In this document: in pieces, positions 10,297 to 19,995 of the stretch
How positions within the stretch are numbered: the first letter of the stretch is position 1
Layout of the letters: every line of letters starts with the position of its first letter
Notes under the pieces: generated by a model
Database searches by the model: none
What the model saw: only the letters and a program-made list of their open reading frames with translations
Told to the model about the DNA's origin: nothing
Program-made: the position numbers and the translations under genes
From: Syntrophomonas sp. UBA4922
GTDB taxonomy: Bacteria; Bacillota; Syntrophomonadia; Syntrophomonadales; Syntrophomonadaceae
Assembly (NCBI GenBank): GCA_002398825.1
Contig: DHBS01000006.1
Coordinates: forward strand, 65,750-129,749
Direction: 5' to 3'
Length of the DNA stretch: 64,000 bases

Positions 10297-10325
10297 TTAT
10301 ACAACCGAGTGTATAATGTTACAAC
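10297..10325 (-). promoter_or_regulatory. Sigma-A type promoter of the arg operon (TTGTAA-17-TATAAT)
   Basis: -35 at 10320..10325 and -10 at 10297..10302 on the minus strand; AT-rich palindrome TATAATTATA overlaps the -10. Confidence 0.55.
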
Positions 10326-10408
10326 AACTTTTTATTAAAGCAACTCATTGTTTTAATGGCCAAGGGCTTGATACGGCGGTTTACGAGAAATTTTTCGCCG
10401 CGCTAAAA

Positions 10409-10440
10409 GGGACCCTATGATTATTTTTTCATAGGGTCCC
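10409..10440 (-). terminator. Intrinsic terminator downstream of the cyclase-family gene
   Basis: Perfect 12-bp stem GGGACCCTATGA/TCATAGGGTCCC, 8-nt loop, followed on the minus strand by TTTTAG. Confidence 0.75.
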
Positions 10441-10564
10441 CATTTCTATCAACACTGAGCCAGTCGCGGGGTTAAATGATAAGGCAAAACCCCTATCATG
10501 GCTTCAGCCTTTATGAGCGGGAAATAACCGTTAAAATATTGAAGGCCTTCAGGCCATGCCTTGA

Positions 10565-11209
10565 TCAGTCCAGCAGAGCCACCGCCCGGACGGGAGAGCC
10601 GTCCGCATCAATATGTTTTAAGGGAAAGGCGCATAGTGTAAACAGGCCGCCGCCCAGCAGGTGCAAATTGGTGAGGTTTTCTATGACCACCATTTCATTG
10701 TACTTAAACAACTTTTTGTGCATGGTCAGGTTTTGGTCGCTGATAGGATCGATGCTTATGGCGTCTACTCCCACCCCTTTTTTATTCCCTTTTATCAAGT
10801 AGTCGGCAACATCATCAGCGATACAAGGGTAGTCTCCGAAATAATCATTCGTTCCCCAGTATCGGTCCCAGCCGGAACGGAAAAGGATAAACTCCGCCTG
10901 GTCGGCCTTTTCCCTGACCCGGTTGATACGCTCCACAGTGATAGACTGTCCGGCTGTCAAATCGGAGCAATCTATTGCCAACGCTTTGCCCACGAATTGC
11001 GAAACCGGGAACTTGTCAAGGGTGGTTCGGCCTGGAAAGAGATGCGCCGGAGGGTCCATATGGGTCCCGGTGTGCGTATACATGCTGATCAAAGTCTCTT
11101 TAAACCCATGTACATCGTAAGAATTGGCAAGCCGCATCCTGGGCCCCGCAGTGCCCGGATAAACCGGCATGTCCTCCGAAATCAAATGGGTGAGGTCAAT
11201 TATTTGCAC
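10565..11209 (-). CDS. Cyclase-family protein (kynurenine formamidase-like)
   Basis: HTGTHMDPPAH metal-binding motif of the putative cyclase family; likely GTG start at 11209, 6 nt after AGGAGG (ORF track starts at 11245). Confidence 0.75.
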   Translation of the reverse strand: MQIIDLTHLISEDMPVYPGTAGPRMRLANSYDVHGFKETLISMYTHTGTHMDPPAHLFPGRTTLDKFPVSQFVGKALAIDCSDLTAGQSITVERINRVREKADQAEFILFRSGWDRYWGTNDYFGDYPCIADDVADYLIKGNKKGVGVDAISIDPISDQNLTMHKKLFKYNEMVVIENLTNLHLLGGGLFTLCAFPLKHIDADGSPVRAVALLD

Positions 11210-11293
11210 TTTTTCCTCCTGTGATTGGCCGGGCCGCTCCTGCACCTGAAGCCGCCGGGCAGCATCAATCGCTCAGTAAGCTGTGCAGAGCGA

Positions 11294-11399
11294 GCGACGG
11301 AAGCGAAGAGTAAGGCGCTCAATAGGCCCGCGATTGAGGCGTACAAATAGTACGTTGATTGAGCGGACCTATTGAGCAACGCAGGTATTCGCTGTTGTC
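11294..11399. repeat. About 105-nt imperfect palindrome (long hairpin) in the dapL-cyclase intergenic region
   Basis: 15-bp core arms GCTCAATAGGCCCGC (11316..11330) / GCGGACCTATTGAGC (11362..11376); inner CGTAC/GTACG; outer AGCGAA/TTCGCT and CGAC/GTCG. Confidence 0.6.
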
Positions 11400-11495
11400 G
11401 ACGGTCTGACCCTTGCAGGATGCAAGGGAATGTATAGCCGAATTATATCAGTTATTTTCTGTTTATTACAGTTCCACCGCATATAGTCCTTCGGT

Positions 11496-12653
11496 TCAGC
11501 TTATGGCTTTTATGCGCTTAAAGGCTTCAATGATCCTGGAGGTGTCCACGGTAAGAGCAATCCGGAAATAACCTTCCCCGTACTGTCCGTAGCCGTTTCC
11601 GGGGGTGAGGATGACCTGGGCTTTTTCCAAAATCATTTCACAATATTCAGCCGATGTATAATCAGCAGGCACCTTGACCCACATATAGAAGCTGCCCAGG
11701 GGGGGCCTGAATTTCCAGCCCAATTGCTTCATACCTTCCGCTGCCGCATCACGGCGCTCCTGGTACATTTGCTGCAGTTCCGCCACGGCGTCTTGAGGAC
11801 CTTCCAAAGCAGCTATCCCGGCATACTGTATGGCCTGGAAAACACCCGAATCCACGTTGGATTTGAAGCGCCCCATCACTTCCACCGCATCTCTGTTGCC
11901 CGCCATCCAGCCTATTCTCCAACCGGTCATGTTGTAGGTTTTGGAGAGGGAGTGGAATTCAACCCCCACTTCTTTGGCCTGGGGCAATTGTAGAAAACTG
12001 GGGGCCTGATAGCCATCATAAGCCAGTTCGGAATAAGCCGCATCATGGCACACCAGAATATCGTAAGCTCTTGCAAATTCGATGACCTTATGGTAAAAAC
12101 CAATATCCGCCACCGCTCCGGTGGGGTTGTTGGGATAGTTGATAAACATGAGTTTAGACTCCCTGGCTACATGGGCCGGAATATCCTCCAGAACGGGCAG
12201 GTAACCGTTTTCTTCATGCAAAGGCATCACAAAGGGCTTGCCTCCGGCCAGCTGAGTGCCGATAGCGTATACCGGGTAGCCTGGATCAGGAACCAGGTTG
12301 ATATCCCCTGGATCCAGATAAGCAAAGGATATATGAGCGATGCCTTCTTTGGAGCCCAGAAGTGACACCACTTCTGTTTTAGGATCCAGTTGCACCCCGA
12401 AGCGCCTTCCATACCATCCGGCTACGGCCTCGCGGTAGCGCAGCAGCCCTGCTGAGCTGGGATACTGATGGTTGGGGCTGTCATTAATCGATTGGGCCAT
12501 AACGTCTATGATGTGCTGGGGAGTGGGCTGGTCAGGATCCCCAATCCCCAAATTGATGACATCTATGCCCCGCTCCCGGGCCTCTTCAATCTTTTTTTCG
12601 ATGCGGGCGAACAGATAAGGGGGCAGGTTTTGCATAGCCTGGTTCGCTTTCAT
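11496..12653 (-). CDS. dapL: LL-diaminopimelate aminotransferase
   Basis: 385-aa class-I aminotransferase with [22 protein letters not shown]-terminus typical of DapL; directly downstream of dapF. Confidence 0.8.
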   Translation of the reverse strand: MKANQAMQNLPPYLFARIEKKIEEARERGIDVINLGIGDPDQPTPQHIIDVMAQSINDSPNHQYPSSAGLLRYREAVAGWYGRRFGVQLDPKTEVVSLLGSKEGIAHISFAYLDPGDINLVPDPGYPVYAIGTQLAGGKPFVMPLHEENGYLPVLEDIPAHVARESKLMFINYPNNPTGAVADIGFYHKVIEFARAYDILVCHDAAYSELAYDGYQAPSFLQLPQAKEVGVEFHSLSKTYNMTGWRIGWMAGNRDAVEVMGRFKSNVDSGVFQAIQYAGIAALEGPQDAVAELQQMYQERRDAAAEGMKQLGWKFRPPLGSFYMWVKVPADYTSAEYCEMILEKAQVILTPGNGYGQYGEGYFRIALTVDTSRIIEAFKRIKAIS

Positions 12654-12675
12654 AATAAATCACTCCTCCTTAGCC

Positions 12676-13509
12676 TCAAACATTACTGTCGTCGCCGATA
12701 ATGCCCCTGAATACCGCCTGGGCGGGCCCGGTCATGTAGACATGGTCATCATTTCGGTTCCATTCTATTAAAAGGTCGCCCCCGGGCAGGTGCACCAGAA
12801 CCTCGCGTCCGGTGTGGCCTTGCAGATGTGCGGCCACCACCGAAGCACAGGCGCCGGTTCCGCAGGCCAGGGTGACACCGGCCCCGCGTTCCCACACCCT
12901 GACGATGATCTCGGAACTGCCCTTGACCTCGACGAACTCTACATTGGTGGCTGCCGGAAAGATGGGATGTCTCTCCAGATTGGCCCCCCACTGTGCCAGG
13001 GGCACCTGGCTGACATCCTCCGTAAAAATGATGGCATGGGGGTTGCCCATGGATACGGCATTGACCTTGAACCACTCACCATAGGAATTTACCGGGATAT
13101 CCAGGTTGCTGCCTTCTCCCTGTACCGGAATGAGAGGACGTTCCAGAATGGGACGGCCCATGTCCACCCGCACCGCTTCATCTGATACAATGCGTATCAG
13201 GCGGTTTCCAGCCAGGGTCTTCACCGCAAAAGCATCTTGGTCGACCAGCCCCGCCTTACGGGCATACAAAGCTATGCAGCGGATGCCGTTTCCGCACATC
13301 TCAGCTTCCGACCCGTCGGGGTTGAATATGCGCATGAATATGTCTGCCCGGGAATCCTGCCCGGTAACCAGAATGCCATCGGCTCCAATCCCAAAATGGC
13401 GTTCACACCAGGCTGCGCTCACGGCCTGGTAGCAGGCCGCATCCTCGAAAGAAGCGGCTTCTACAACAATAAAATCATTGCCCAGACCATGCATTTTCAC
13501 AAATTCCAT
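12676..13509 (-). CDS. dapF: Diaminopimelate epimerase
   Basis: MEFVKMHGLGNDFIVV N-terminus and two catalytic Cys regions (MCGNGIRC, ACGTGACA); ATG 13509 preceded by GGAGGAAACC. Confidence 0.92.
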   Translation of the reverse strand: MEFVKMHGLGNDFIVVEAASFEDAACYQAVSAAWCERHFGIGADGILVTGQDSRADIFMRIFNPDGSEAEMCGNGIRCIALYARKAGLVDQDAFAVKTLAGNRLIRIVSDEAVRVDMGRPILERPLIPVQGEGSNLDIPVNSYGEWFKVNAVSMGNPHAIIFTEDVSQVPLAQWGANLERHPIFPAATNVEFVEVKGSSEIIVRVWERGAGVTLACGTGACASVVAAHLQGHTGREVLVHLPGGDLLIEWNRNDDHVYMTGPAQAVFRGIIGDDSNV

Positions 13510-13568
13510 ATGGTTTCCTCCTTCACCACCTGTGTTCAATGTGCCTATTTAGTCTCTACAGTCAGGTC

Positions 13569-14309
13569 CTAGCCCGTAAACCCGGTATACATATGGGAGA
13601 AGATGCGCTTATCCACAGCTGTTAAACGGGTAAAGGGTTCCGCCAGAATGAGATCTATATCGTATGAAAAATGCGCCGCGAATCGCATCAGATAAGGCAA
13701 TATGCTCTGTAAATCTTTTTCTCCATGCAGGACTTCAGTTTTAGTATTTTCTGCCAGGTGCCTCCGGGGGACCTCGCCGCGCATATAGATTTCGCCTTCA
13801 TACATGCCAGTTCCGCAATATGGCCCGATCAGGCTTCGATTGGAGCCGTTAACACCCAGAACGATAATGGTGCCCCCGGCCATATATTCCCCCACAAAAG
13901 CCCCGGCCTGGCCGCCCACTACAATGACGGGGCGCTTATCCTGATAAGCCTTCATGTGTATCCCCAGGCGGTATCCGGCATCATCCCTGATATACAGACC
14001 CCCGCCGCGCATGCCGTAGCCGGCGATATCGCCCACCCGGCCGTATACTACGATTTCGCCGTCGCTCATGGTATTTCCGACCCCTTCCTGCCCGTTGCCA
14101 TAGAGCAAAATAGTGGGTCCGTCAGCGAAAGCCCCCAGGTTGTTTCCGGCAGTGCCGCGCAATACCAATCTCTTGCTATTCTTCCAACCGCAGCCCAGGT
14201 ATCGGTGGCCATTGAGGTTCAATACCTCGATCTCCTGATCGGGGCTGGCCTTCAAGGCCTCCAGGAGTGAATGCTGGTCGTAATCAACCGCATCGAAGAC
14301 TGCCATCAT
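13569..14309 (-). CDS. Glutamate synthase GXGXG (C-terminal GltB-type) domain protein
   Basis: 246 aa with repeated G-x-G-x-G beta-helix motifs; overlaps upstream gene by 26 nt; GGAGGTGGGAGG RBS. Confidence 0.8.
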   Translation of the reverse strand: MMAVFDAVDYDQHSLLEALKASPDQEIEVLNLNGHRYLGCGWKNSKRLVLRGTAGNNLGAFADGPTILLYGNGQEGVGNTMSDGEIVVYGRVGDIAGYGMRGGGLYIRDDAGYRLGIHMKAYQDKRPVIVVGGQAGAFVGEYMAGGTIIVLGVNGSNRSLIGPYCGTGMYEGEIYMRGEVPRRHLAENTKTEVLHGEKDLQSILPYLMRFAAHFSYDIDLILAEPFTRLTAVDKRIFSHMYTGFTG

Positions 14310-15537
14310 CCTCCCACCTCCTTGTCTCTGCCAGATAAGCCGCCGGCAGGTTGGCTATGGAGGGTTGTTTGATAAATTCTTGCCACTCCCCTGCCGCGAT
14401 CTTCATCTGTTTTTCGGTTATGGCTGTCAGCGGTCCGGTTATGCCGGGAATATTGATGGAGATATACCGCACCAGGTATTCTCCGTCGATGGTCAGCTCC
14501 AGAGAGCTTTGCCCTTCTTGCCAGTTCAGCACTGTGCCGCTGCTATTAGGGTCGCCCGCAGCTATGATGTGCATTCCCATAAAATGAACCGCATTCAAAA
14601 ATATCCCCCCGGGATAATTGGCAGACTTGCCGGCCATATTGCACCCCGCCAGGTAGCCTTCCAGATGGGCCAGGGGCAAAAGAGCCATCACCTCAGCAGT
14701 TCCGCTCAAGATATTGCGGGTCTCTATGACATCCCCGGCTGCCCATATATTGGGGTTTGAAGTTTGCAGATGCCGGTTTACAATAATACCCTGTCCGGTT
14801 TCCAGTCCGGCATCCCGGGCCAGGGCTTGATTGGGCCGGGTGCCCACTGCCACTATCACCAGCTGGGCCGGTATTTTAACGCCGTTATCCAGCTCGACCT
14901 GATGCTGTTCCGTTATGGACATGGCCTCGCGCCCGGTCAGCACCTGTATGCCCTGTTCTTCCAGATGCCGGGTCGCTGCTGTTGCGCTCCAGGGGCTCAA
15001 TAAACGGGGCAGTATCTGTTCCTGCTTCTCCACTATCACTACTTTCATATTCCGCTGATGCAGGGCTTCAGCGGCTTTTATGCCGATCAGTCCGCTTCCC
15101 AGGACTACGGCCGTACCTCCCGCTTCGATCAGGGCCTCAATTTCCTCGGCATCTTTCCAGGTGTACAGGGTTTTTACCCAGGGCTGTTCTATGCCGGGCA
15201 GGCCGGGTATCACCGGACTGGCTCCGGTAGCCAGGAGCAGGCGGTCATAATCAACGCTCCTGCCGTCTTCCAGCACAACCTGGCCTTCGGCTGGATCGAT
15301 CCTGACTGCCCGGCCGGCTATTACCCGGGCCTGTTGCTGGGCAAAGAATTCCTCGGGGCGGTAATACAGCAGAGAAGACGGTTTGCTGCCCGCCAGGAGA
15401 TAGCTTATCAAGGGGCGGGTGTAGCAACCGCGCTTTTCCCCGTCGATTATCGTGATTTCTCCCTTCTGGTCGGCGCTGCGGATGCCTTCTACCGCACCCG
15501 CCGCTGCGATGCAATTGCCTATTATAACGTATCTCAC
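14284..15537 (-). CDS. FAD-dependent pyridine nucleotide-disulfide oxidoreductase (probable electron-input subunit of split GOGAT)
   Basis: 417 aa; two Rossmann GxGxxA/G motifs (VIIGNCIAAAGA, VVLGSGLIGIKAAE). Confidence 0.8.
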   Translation of the reverse strand: MRYVIIGNCIAAAGAVEGIRSADQKGEITIIDGEKRGCYTRPLISYLLAGSKPSSLLYYRPEEFFAQQQARVIAGRAVRIDPAEGQVVLEDGRSVDYDRLLLATGASPVIPGLPGIEQPWVKTLYTWKDAEEIEALIEAGGTAVVLGSGLIGIKAAEALHQRNMKVVIVEKQEQILPRLLSPWSATAATRHLEEQGIQVLTGREAMSITEQHQVELDNGVKIPAQLVIVAVGTRPNQALARDAGLETGQGIIVNRHLQTSNPNIWAAGDVIETRNILSGTAEVMALLPLAHLEGYLAGCNMAGKSANYPGGIFLNAVHFMGMHIIAAGDPNSSGTVLNWQEGQSSLELTIDGEYLVRYISINIPGITGPLTAITEKQMKIAAGEWQEFIKQPSIANLPAAYLAETRRWEDDGSLRCG

Positions 15538-15977
15538 GGTCTATCCACCTCCTCTGCCAGTCTTAGTGCGCCGTTGGGACAGAAAGCCACACAGGCAGGC
15601 GTCCCGGACAAGCCGCGGCACAGATCGCATTTTATGGCCCGGGAAGAATCCCGGGAAGGCTGTATATGTCCAAAAGGGCACACCATTACACAGGTGAAGC
15701 AGCCCACACAGCGCTGGCTGTCAATAAACACGGTGCCTTTTTCATCCTTCTGTAGTGCGCCGGTGATGCAGGCATTGATGCAGGGGGCATCCTGGCAATG
15801 CCTGCAGGTATTGATCCAGGATTCATGATTCTTTTTGATCAAACCCGCCCGGGCCTGGGGGGTTCCCTTTTTAAAGGCCTTAATCACATTGCCGTTGTAA
15901 CCGTCATGGGCGGCTGCGCAGTACACCTGGCACAGCCCGCAGCCCAGGCAGTATTCGGAATTATTCTGTACCTTCAT
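15534..15977 (-). CDS. 4Fe-4S dicluster ferredoxin-domain protein
   Basis: 147 aa with several CxxCxxCxxxC-type cysteine clusters; 4-nt overlap with downstream gene. Confidence 0.8.
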   Translation of the reverse strand: MKVQNNSEYCLGCGLCQVYCAAAHDGYNGNVIKAFKKGTPQARAGLIKKNHESWINTCRHCQDAPCINACITGALQKDEKGTVFIDSQRCVGCFTCVMVCPFGHIQPSRDSSRAIKCDLCRGLSGTPACVAFCPNGALRLAEEVDRP

Positions 15978-15987
15978 GTAAATCCCC

Positions 15988-17475
15988 CTAATCTCCAGCC
16001 GCCGTTACGCCCAACAACTCCAACTCATGCTGCTCCAGGCCAATGCCCTTCAGCATGAGGCGGTTTCCTCTCAAGCTGTCGACAGCATTAATGCCCATGC
16101 CACCCATCATCTCTTTGATCTCGTGCTCCCAGGCCTTGAGCAGATTTATGGCTCTGATAGCTCCAATTTCAGGATTAAGCCGTTTGCTCAGCTGCCGGTC
16201 GGTAGTGGCGATGCCCCAGTTGCAGCGCCCGGTAAAGCAGGTCTGGCAGAGGTGGCAGCCCAGGGCGATCAGCGCGGCTGTGCCGATATACACCGCATCA
16301 GCCCCCAGGGCCAGGATTTTGACCACATCAGCACTGTTGCGGATCCCGCCGGCTGCCACCAGCGAAACACTTTGCCTGATGCCCTCATCGCGCAGACGCT
16401 GATCTACCTGGGCAATGGCCATTTCAATGGGGATGCCGATGTTGTCACGGATACGCATGGGAGCAGCCCCGGTGGCCCCGCGAAAACCGTCGATAGCCAC
16501 TATGTCGGCTCCGGCTCTGACCATACCTGATGCGATGGCGGATATATTATGAACGGCGGCCACTTTGACCGAGACGGGCTTCTGATAGTTGGTGGCCACT
16601 TTCAAGGTCTCGATCAACTGGGCCAGGTCTTCTATAGAATAGATGTCATGGTGCGGAGCCGGGGAAATGGCGTCAGACCAGGCCGGGATCATGCGGGTTT
16701 TAGCCACATCCGCGGAAACCTTCTCCGCCGGCAGGTGTCCGCCAATACCCGGTTTAGCCCCCTGACCGATTTTAATTTCTACTGCGGCGGCATTGTTTAA
16801 ATAATCGGGGGTAACCCCAAAGCGCCCTGATGCCACCTGAACGATGGTAGAGTCCGCGTACTCTTTAAGATCGCTATGCAACCCGCCTTCGCCCGTATTC
16901 CAGAAAGTTGCCATCTCCCTGGCGGCTCTGGCCAGGGATTTCTGAACATTGAGGCTCACCGCGCCGTAGGACATGGCGGAGAACATTACCGGAACCTCCA
17001 GTTTCAAAAGCGGTTTTTCCCGCTCTCCCAGCATGGCCGCCTGGTTGCCCAGATAGGTGGTCAATTCCATGGGTTCCCGCAGGGGATCTATGGACGGATT
17101 GGTTACCTGACTGGCATTTAGCAGGAGGTGATCGAAGTAACTCCGGTAAGGGCGGGGATTTCCCATGCCGGTCAGTAGCACCCCGCCGGTTTCAGCCTGG
17201 GCATAGATCTCACGCAGGCTGGCAGATGACCAGTAGTTATTGGGTCTGAAGGCCAGTGGAAACTCGGTTATGGCCAGGGCCTGGGTGGGGCACAACACCG
17301 CACAACGGTGGCAGCCCACACAGTTTTTATCCGTCACCCACATGAAGCCGTCTTCATCCAGGTGATGCACTTCGTTGATACATTGGTTTACACATACCCC
17401 GCAGCGGATACAGCGCTCTTCATTCCGGCCCACTGTGAACGCGGGGGTTAACATGCTCAGGGTCATATTTCTCAC
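15988..17475 (-). CDS. Glutamate synthase FMN-binding (central GltB-type) domain protein with N-terminal 2x[4Fe-4S] ferredoxin module
   Basis: 495 aa; N-terminal CIRCGVCVNQC and CVGCHRCAVLC, then GltS FMN-domain motifs (GQGAKPGIGGHLP). Confidence 0.88.
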   Translation of the reverse strand: MRNMTLSMLTPAFTVGRNEERCIRCGVCVNQCINEVHHLDEDGFMWVTDKNCVGCHRCAVLCPTQALAITEFPLAFRPNNYWSSASLREIYAQAETGGVLLTGMGNPRPYRSYFDHLLLNASQVTNPSIDPLREPMELTTYLGNQAAMLGEREKPLLKLEVPVMFSAMSYGAVSLNVQKSLARAAREMATFWNTGEGGLHSDLKEYADSTIVQVASGRFGVTPDYLNNAAAVEIKIGQGAKPGIGGHLPAEKVSADVAKTRMIPAWSDAISPAPHHDIYSIEDLAQLIETLKVATNYQKPVSVKVAAVHNISAIASGMVRAGADIVAIDGFRGATGAAPMRIRDNIGIPIEMAIAQVDQRLRDEGIRQSVSLVAAGGIRNSADVVKILALGADAVYIGTAALIALGCHLCQTCFTGRCNWGIATTDRQLSKRLNPEIGAIRAINLLKAWEHEIKEMMGGMGINAVDSLRGNRLMLKGIGLEQHELELLGVTAAGD

Positions 17476-17480
17476 CTGCC

Positions 17481-18629
17481 TTAGGCTGACTGGGCATCCG
17501 TCTGCAACCCGACCGGGCTCGCCTCCAACAAGCCCTTCTTGTTGTAGAGCAGCCCGATGATAGGTTCTCCCCCGCCCGGAGACCAGACTCTGTCCAGTAC
17601 TGGAGCAACTGCCCGTATGGCTGACTCCTCACTGGCCACATACAGAAACTCATCCCGGGTGGCAGCCACCAGGGGGCGCAGCTTAATGCGGTCATTAACC
17701 GCCATAAGACCGTTGTTGGTGGCAACGATGATGGAAAAGGGGCCGTTCAATAGGAGACCGGCATATTTGCGGCGCAGATGGGCCTGCTTCTCCTGCTCCA
17801 GGTTCGACCAGAAGGGAGCCGCGATCACATCGATAGTATCCTCCAGGCTCAGACCCTGCTGGCGCATCAGGAAGTCAAAAGCGTAGGCGATAACCTCGGT
17901 GTCAGTCTGCAGCGAGATTTTGTAGCCGTACATCTCCAGATAACGCCGGTTGGTGCTGTAGGACGAGATTTCCCCGTTATGCACCACCGACCAGTTTAAC
18001 AGTGTAAAAGGATGGGCTCCTCCCCACCATCCCGGGGTATTGGTAGGGAAACGGCCATGTGCGGTCCACAGGTAAGCCTGATATTCTTCGAGGCGGAAGA
18101 ACTCCCCGATATCCTCAGGGTAACCCACCCCTTTAAAAGCAGCCATATCCTTGCCGCTGGAAGCCACGAAGGCCCCGCGCAGGTCGGAATTGATGGTCAT
18201 CATCACCCGGGCCACGAAGTCCTCCTCCCCGAGCTGTTCACGGTAAAGCCTATCTTCCCGGGGCACCGCAAAGTAACGCCATATCAGCGGGGCGTCGGTT
18301 ATTTTCCGGGTGCGGCGCACCGGCACCGGCTCACGGTCTTTTATTCTGAAGTGGTGCTGCAGATATCTCTCACACATCTGCCGGGCGCCGTCATCATCGT
18401 AAAAAACATGCAGGGCGTAATAATCCCGGTATTCCGGATAGATCCCATATGCGGCAAAGCCGCCGCCCAATCCGTTGGAACGTTTGTGCATAGTGGCTAT
18501 CGAAGCTATGATGGTATGGCCATCGAAACGCTCTGCGGAACGGTTCATAACCGCGGCAATAGCGCAGCCGCTCGGAATTCTGATATCTCCTTCCAGTTTT
18601 AACACCGGGAATCCCTCCTCTCCATCCAA
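17481..18629 (-). CDS. Class-II (Ntn) glutamine amidotransferase domain protein (GltB N-terminal type)
   Basis: 382 aa; GltS-type amidotransferase similarity; putative nucleophile Cys in PSGCAIAAV lies 21 residues into the ORF, implying a propeptide or a later start. Confidence 0.82.
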   Translation of the reverse strand: MDGEEGFPVLKLEGDIRIPSGCAIAAVMNRSAERFDGHTIIASIATMHKRSNGLGGGFAAYGIYPEYRDYYALHVFYDDDGARQMCERYLQHHFRIKDREPVPVRRTRKITDAPLIWRYFAVPREDRLYREQLGEEDFVARVMMTINSDLRGAFVASSGKDMAAFKGVGYPEDIGEFFRLEEYQAYLWTAHGRFPTNTPGWWGGAHPFTLLNWSVVHNGEISSYSTNRRYLEMYGYKISLQTDTEVIAYAFDFLMRQQGLSLEDTIDVIAAPFWSNLEQEKQAHLRRKYAGLLLNGPFSIIVATNNGLMAVNDRIKLRPLVAATRDEFLYVASEESAIRAVAPVLDRVWSPGGGEPIIGLLYNKKGLLEASPVGLQTDAQSA

Positions 18630-18638
18630 TTAATCCCT

Positions 18639-19979
18639 TTAAAATTTGCGCAGATATTCTTTGGTCTCCCAGGGATGGACTTCCAGGCAAAAACGCTCCC
18701 ACTCGGCCCATTTGCTTTCCACATATTTGGTATAGATGTGCGGTCCCAGGGCATCCTTAATCAGTTCATCCTCATCCAGGGCCTGGAGTGCTTCGGCCAG
18801 TGATCCGGGCAGGCTGGCAATCCCCAGCCTTTCCCGCTCTGCCTGGCTCATGCGATAGATGTTGGCATCTATTGAAGCAGGGGGCTCGATCTTATTCTTG
18901 ATGCCGTCCAGCCCAGATGCCAGCATTACGGCCATAGCCAGGTAAGGGTTGCAGGTCGGGTCAGGATGCCGCACTTCAACGCGTGTAGACGCACCTCGTT
19001 TGGCGGGGACTCTGATTAAGGCGCTGCGGTTCTGTTCCGACCAGGCTACATATACCGGGGCTTCATAACCCGGAACCAGCCGCTTGTAAGAGTTGACCGT
19101 GGGATTGGTTATAGCGGTCAAACCCCGGGCATGCTTTATAATGCCTCCCATGTACCAGCGTGCGATATCGCTCAACTGATTGGGGGTGTCAGGATCATAG
19201 AATACATTCTGGCCATCCAAAGTCGATAAGGATTGATGGGTATGCATCCCTGAACCATTGATGCCCGCAATCGGTTTGGCCATGAAAGTGGCATGCAGTC
19301 CGTGGCGCTGAGCGATGGTCCTTACCACCAGTTTGAAGGTGGCGATGTCGTCGGCCACCCTTAAGGCCGGACCATATTTGAAATCGATCTCGTGCTGCCC
19401 GGGGGCCACTTCATGATGGGAGGCCTCAATCTCGAAGCCCATATCTTCCAGGGTGCACACCATGTCACGGCGGGCGTCTTCCCCCAGGTCCACCGGAGCC
19501 AAGTCGAAATAACCGGCTTCATCCTGGGTATGAATCAAGGGATTGCCTTCTTCATCGACGGTGAACAGGAAAAACTCGCATTCCGGTCCGGCGTTCATCA
19601 CATAGCCCATATCTTCGGCCTGCTGGACGATCCTTTTCAGGTTGGAACGCGGGTCGCCTAAAAACGGCATTTTGTTGGGTTCAGGGGTATAGACATCGCA
19701 GATCAAGCGGGCCACCGCTCCACTAGCCGGCCGCCAGGGCATCACCGCAAAGGTGCTGGGATCAGGAATGAGATACATATCCGATTCCTCGATCCTGGCG
19801 AAGCCTTCGATTGAAGAACCGTCAAACATCAATTCCCCCTCAAGAGCCTTCTCCAACTGGCTGGCAGGAATGGAGACATTCTTTAAGACCCCGGTCACAT
19901 CAGTGAATTGCAGGCGAATGAATCTCACCCCATTATTTTTTACTTTTTCGATTACACTGGCATTCTGCGCGTTATTCAT
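18639..19979 (-). CDS. glnA: Glutamine synthetase, type I
   Basis: 446 aa; full-length GSI similarity ([19 protein letters not shown]). Confidence 0.95.
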   Translation of the reverse strand: MNNAQNASVIEKVKNNGVRFIRLQFTDVTGVLKNVSIPASQLEKALEGELMFDGSSIEGFARIEESDMYLIPDPSTFAVMPWRPASGAVARLICDVYTPEPNKMPFLGDPRSNLKRIVQQAEDMGYVMNAGPECEFFLFTVDEEGNPLIHTQDEAGYFDLAPVDLGEDARRDMVCTLEDMGFEIEASHHEVAPGQHEIDFKYGPALRVADDIATFKLVVRTIAQRHGLHATFMAKPIAGINGSGMHTHQSLSTLDGQNVFYDPDTPNQLSDIARWYMGGIIKHARGLTAITNPTVNSYKRLVPGYEAPVYVAWSEQNRSALIRVPAKRGASTRVEVRHPDPTCNPYLAMAVMLASGLDGIKNKIEPPASIDANIYRMSQAERERLGIASLPGSLAEALQALDEDELIKDALGPHIYTKYVESKWAEWERFCLEVHPWETKEYLRKF

Positions 19980-19995
19980 TGTTGATCACTCCTTA

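Noticed and set aside
10261-10340. ArgR/AhrC ARG boxes at the argC promoter (TTTGAATTATAA and TATAATTATA)
   Set aside because: Only half-site-level similarity to the TNTGAATWWWWATTCANW consensus, in an AT-rich promoter where such matches arise easily.
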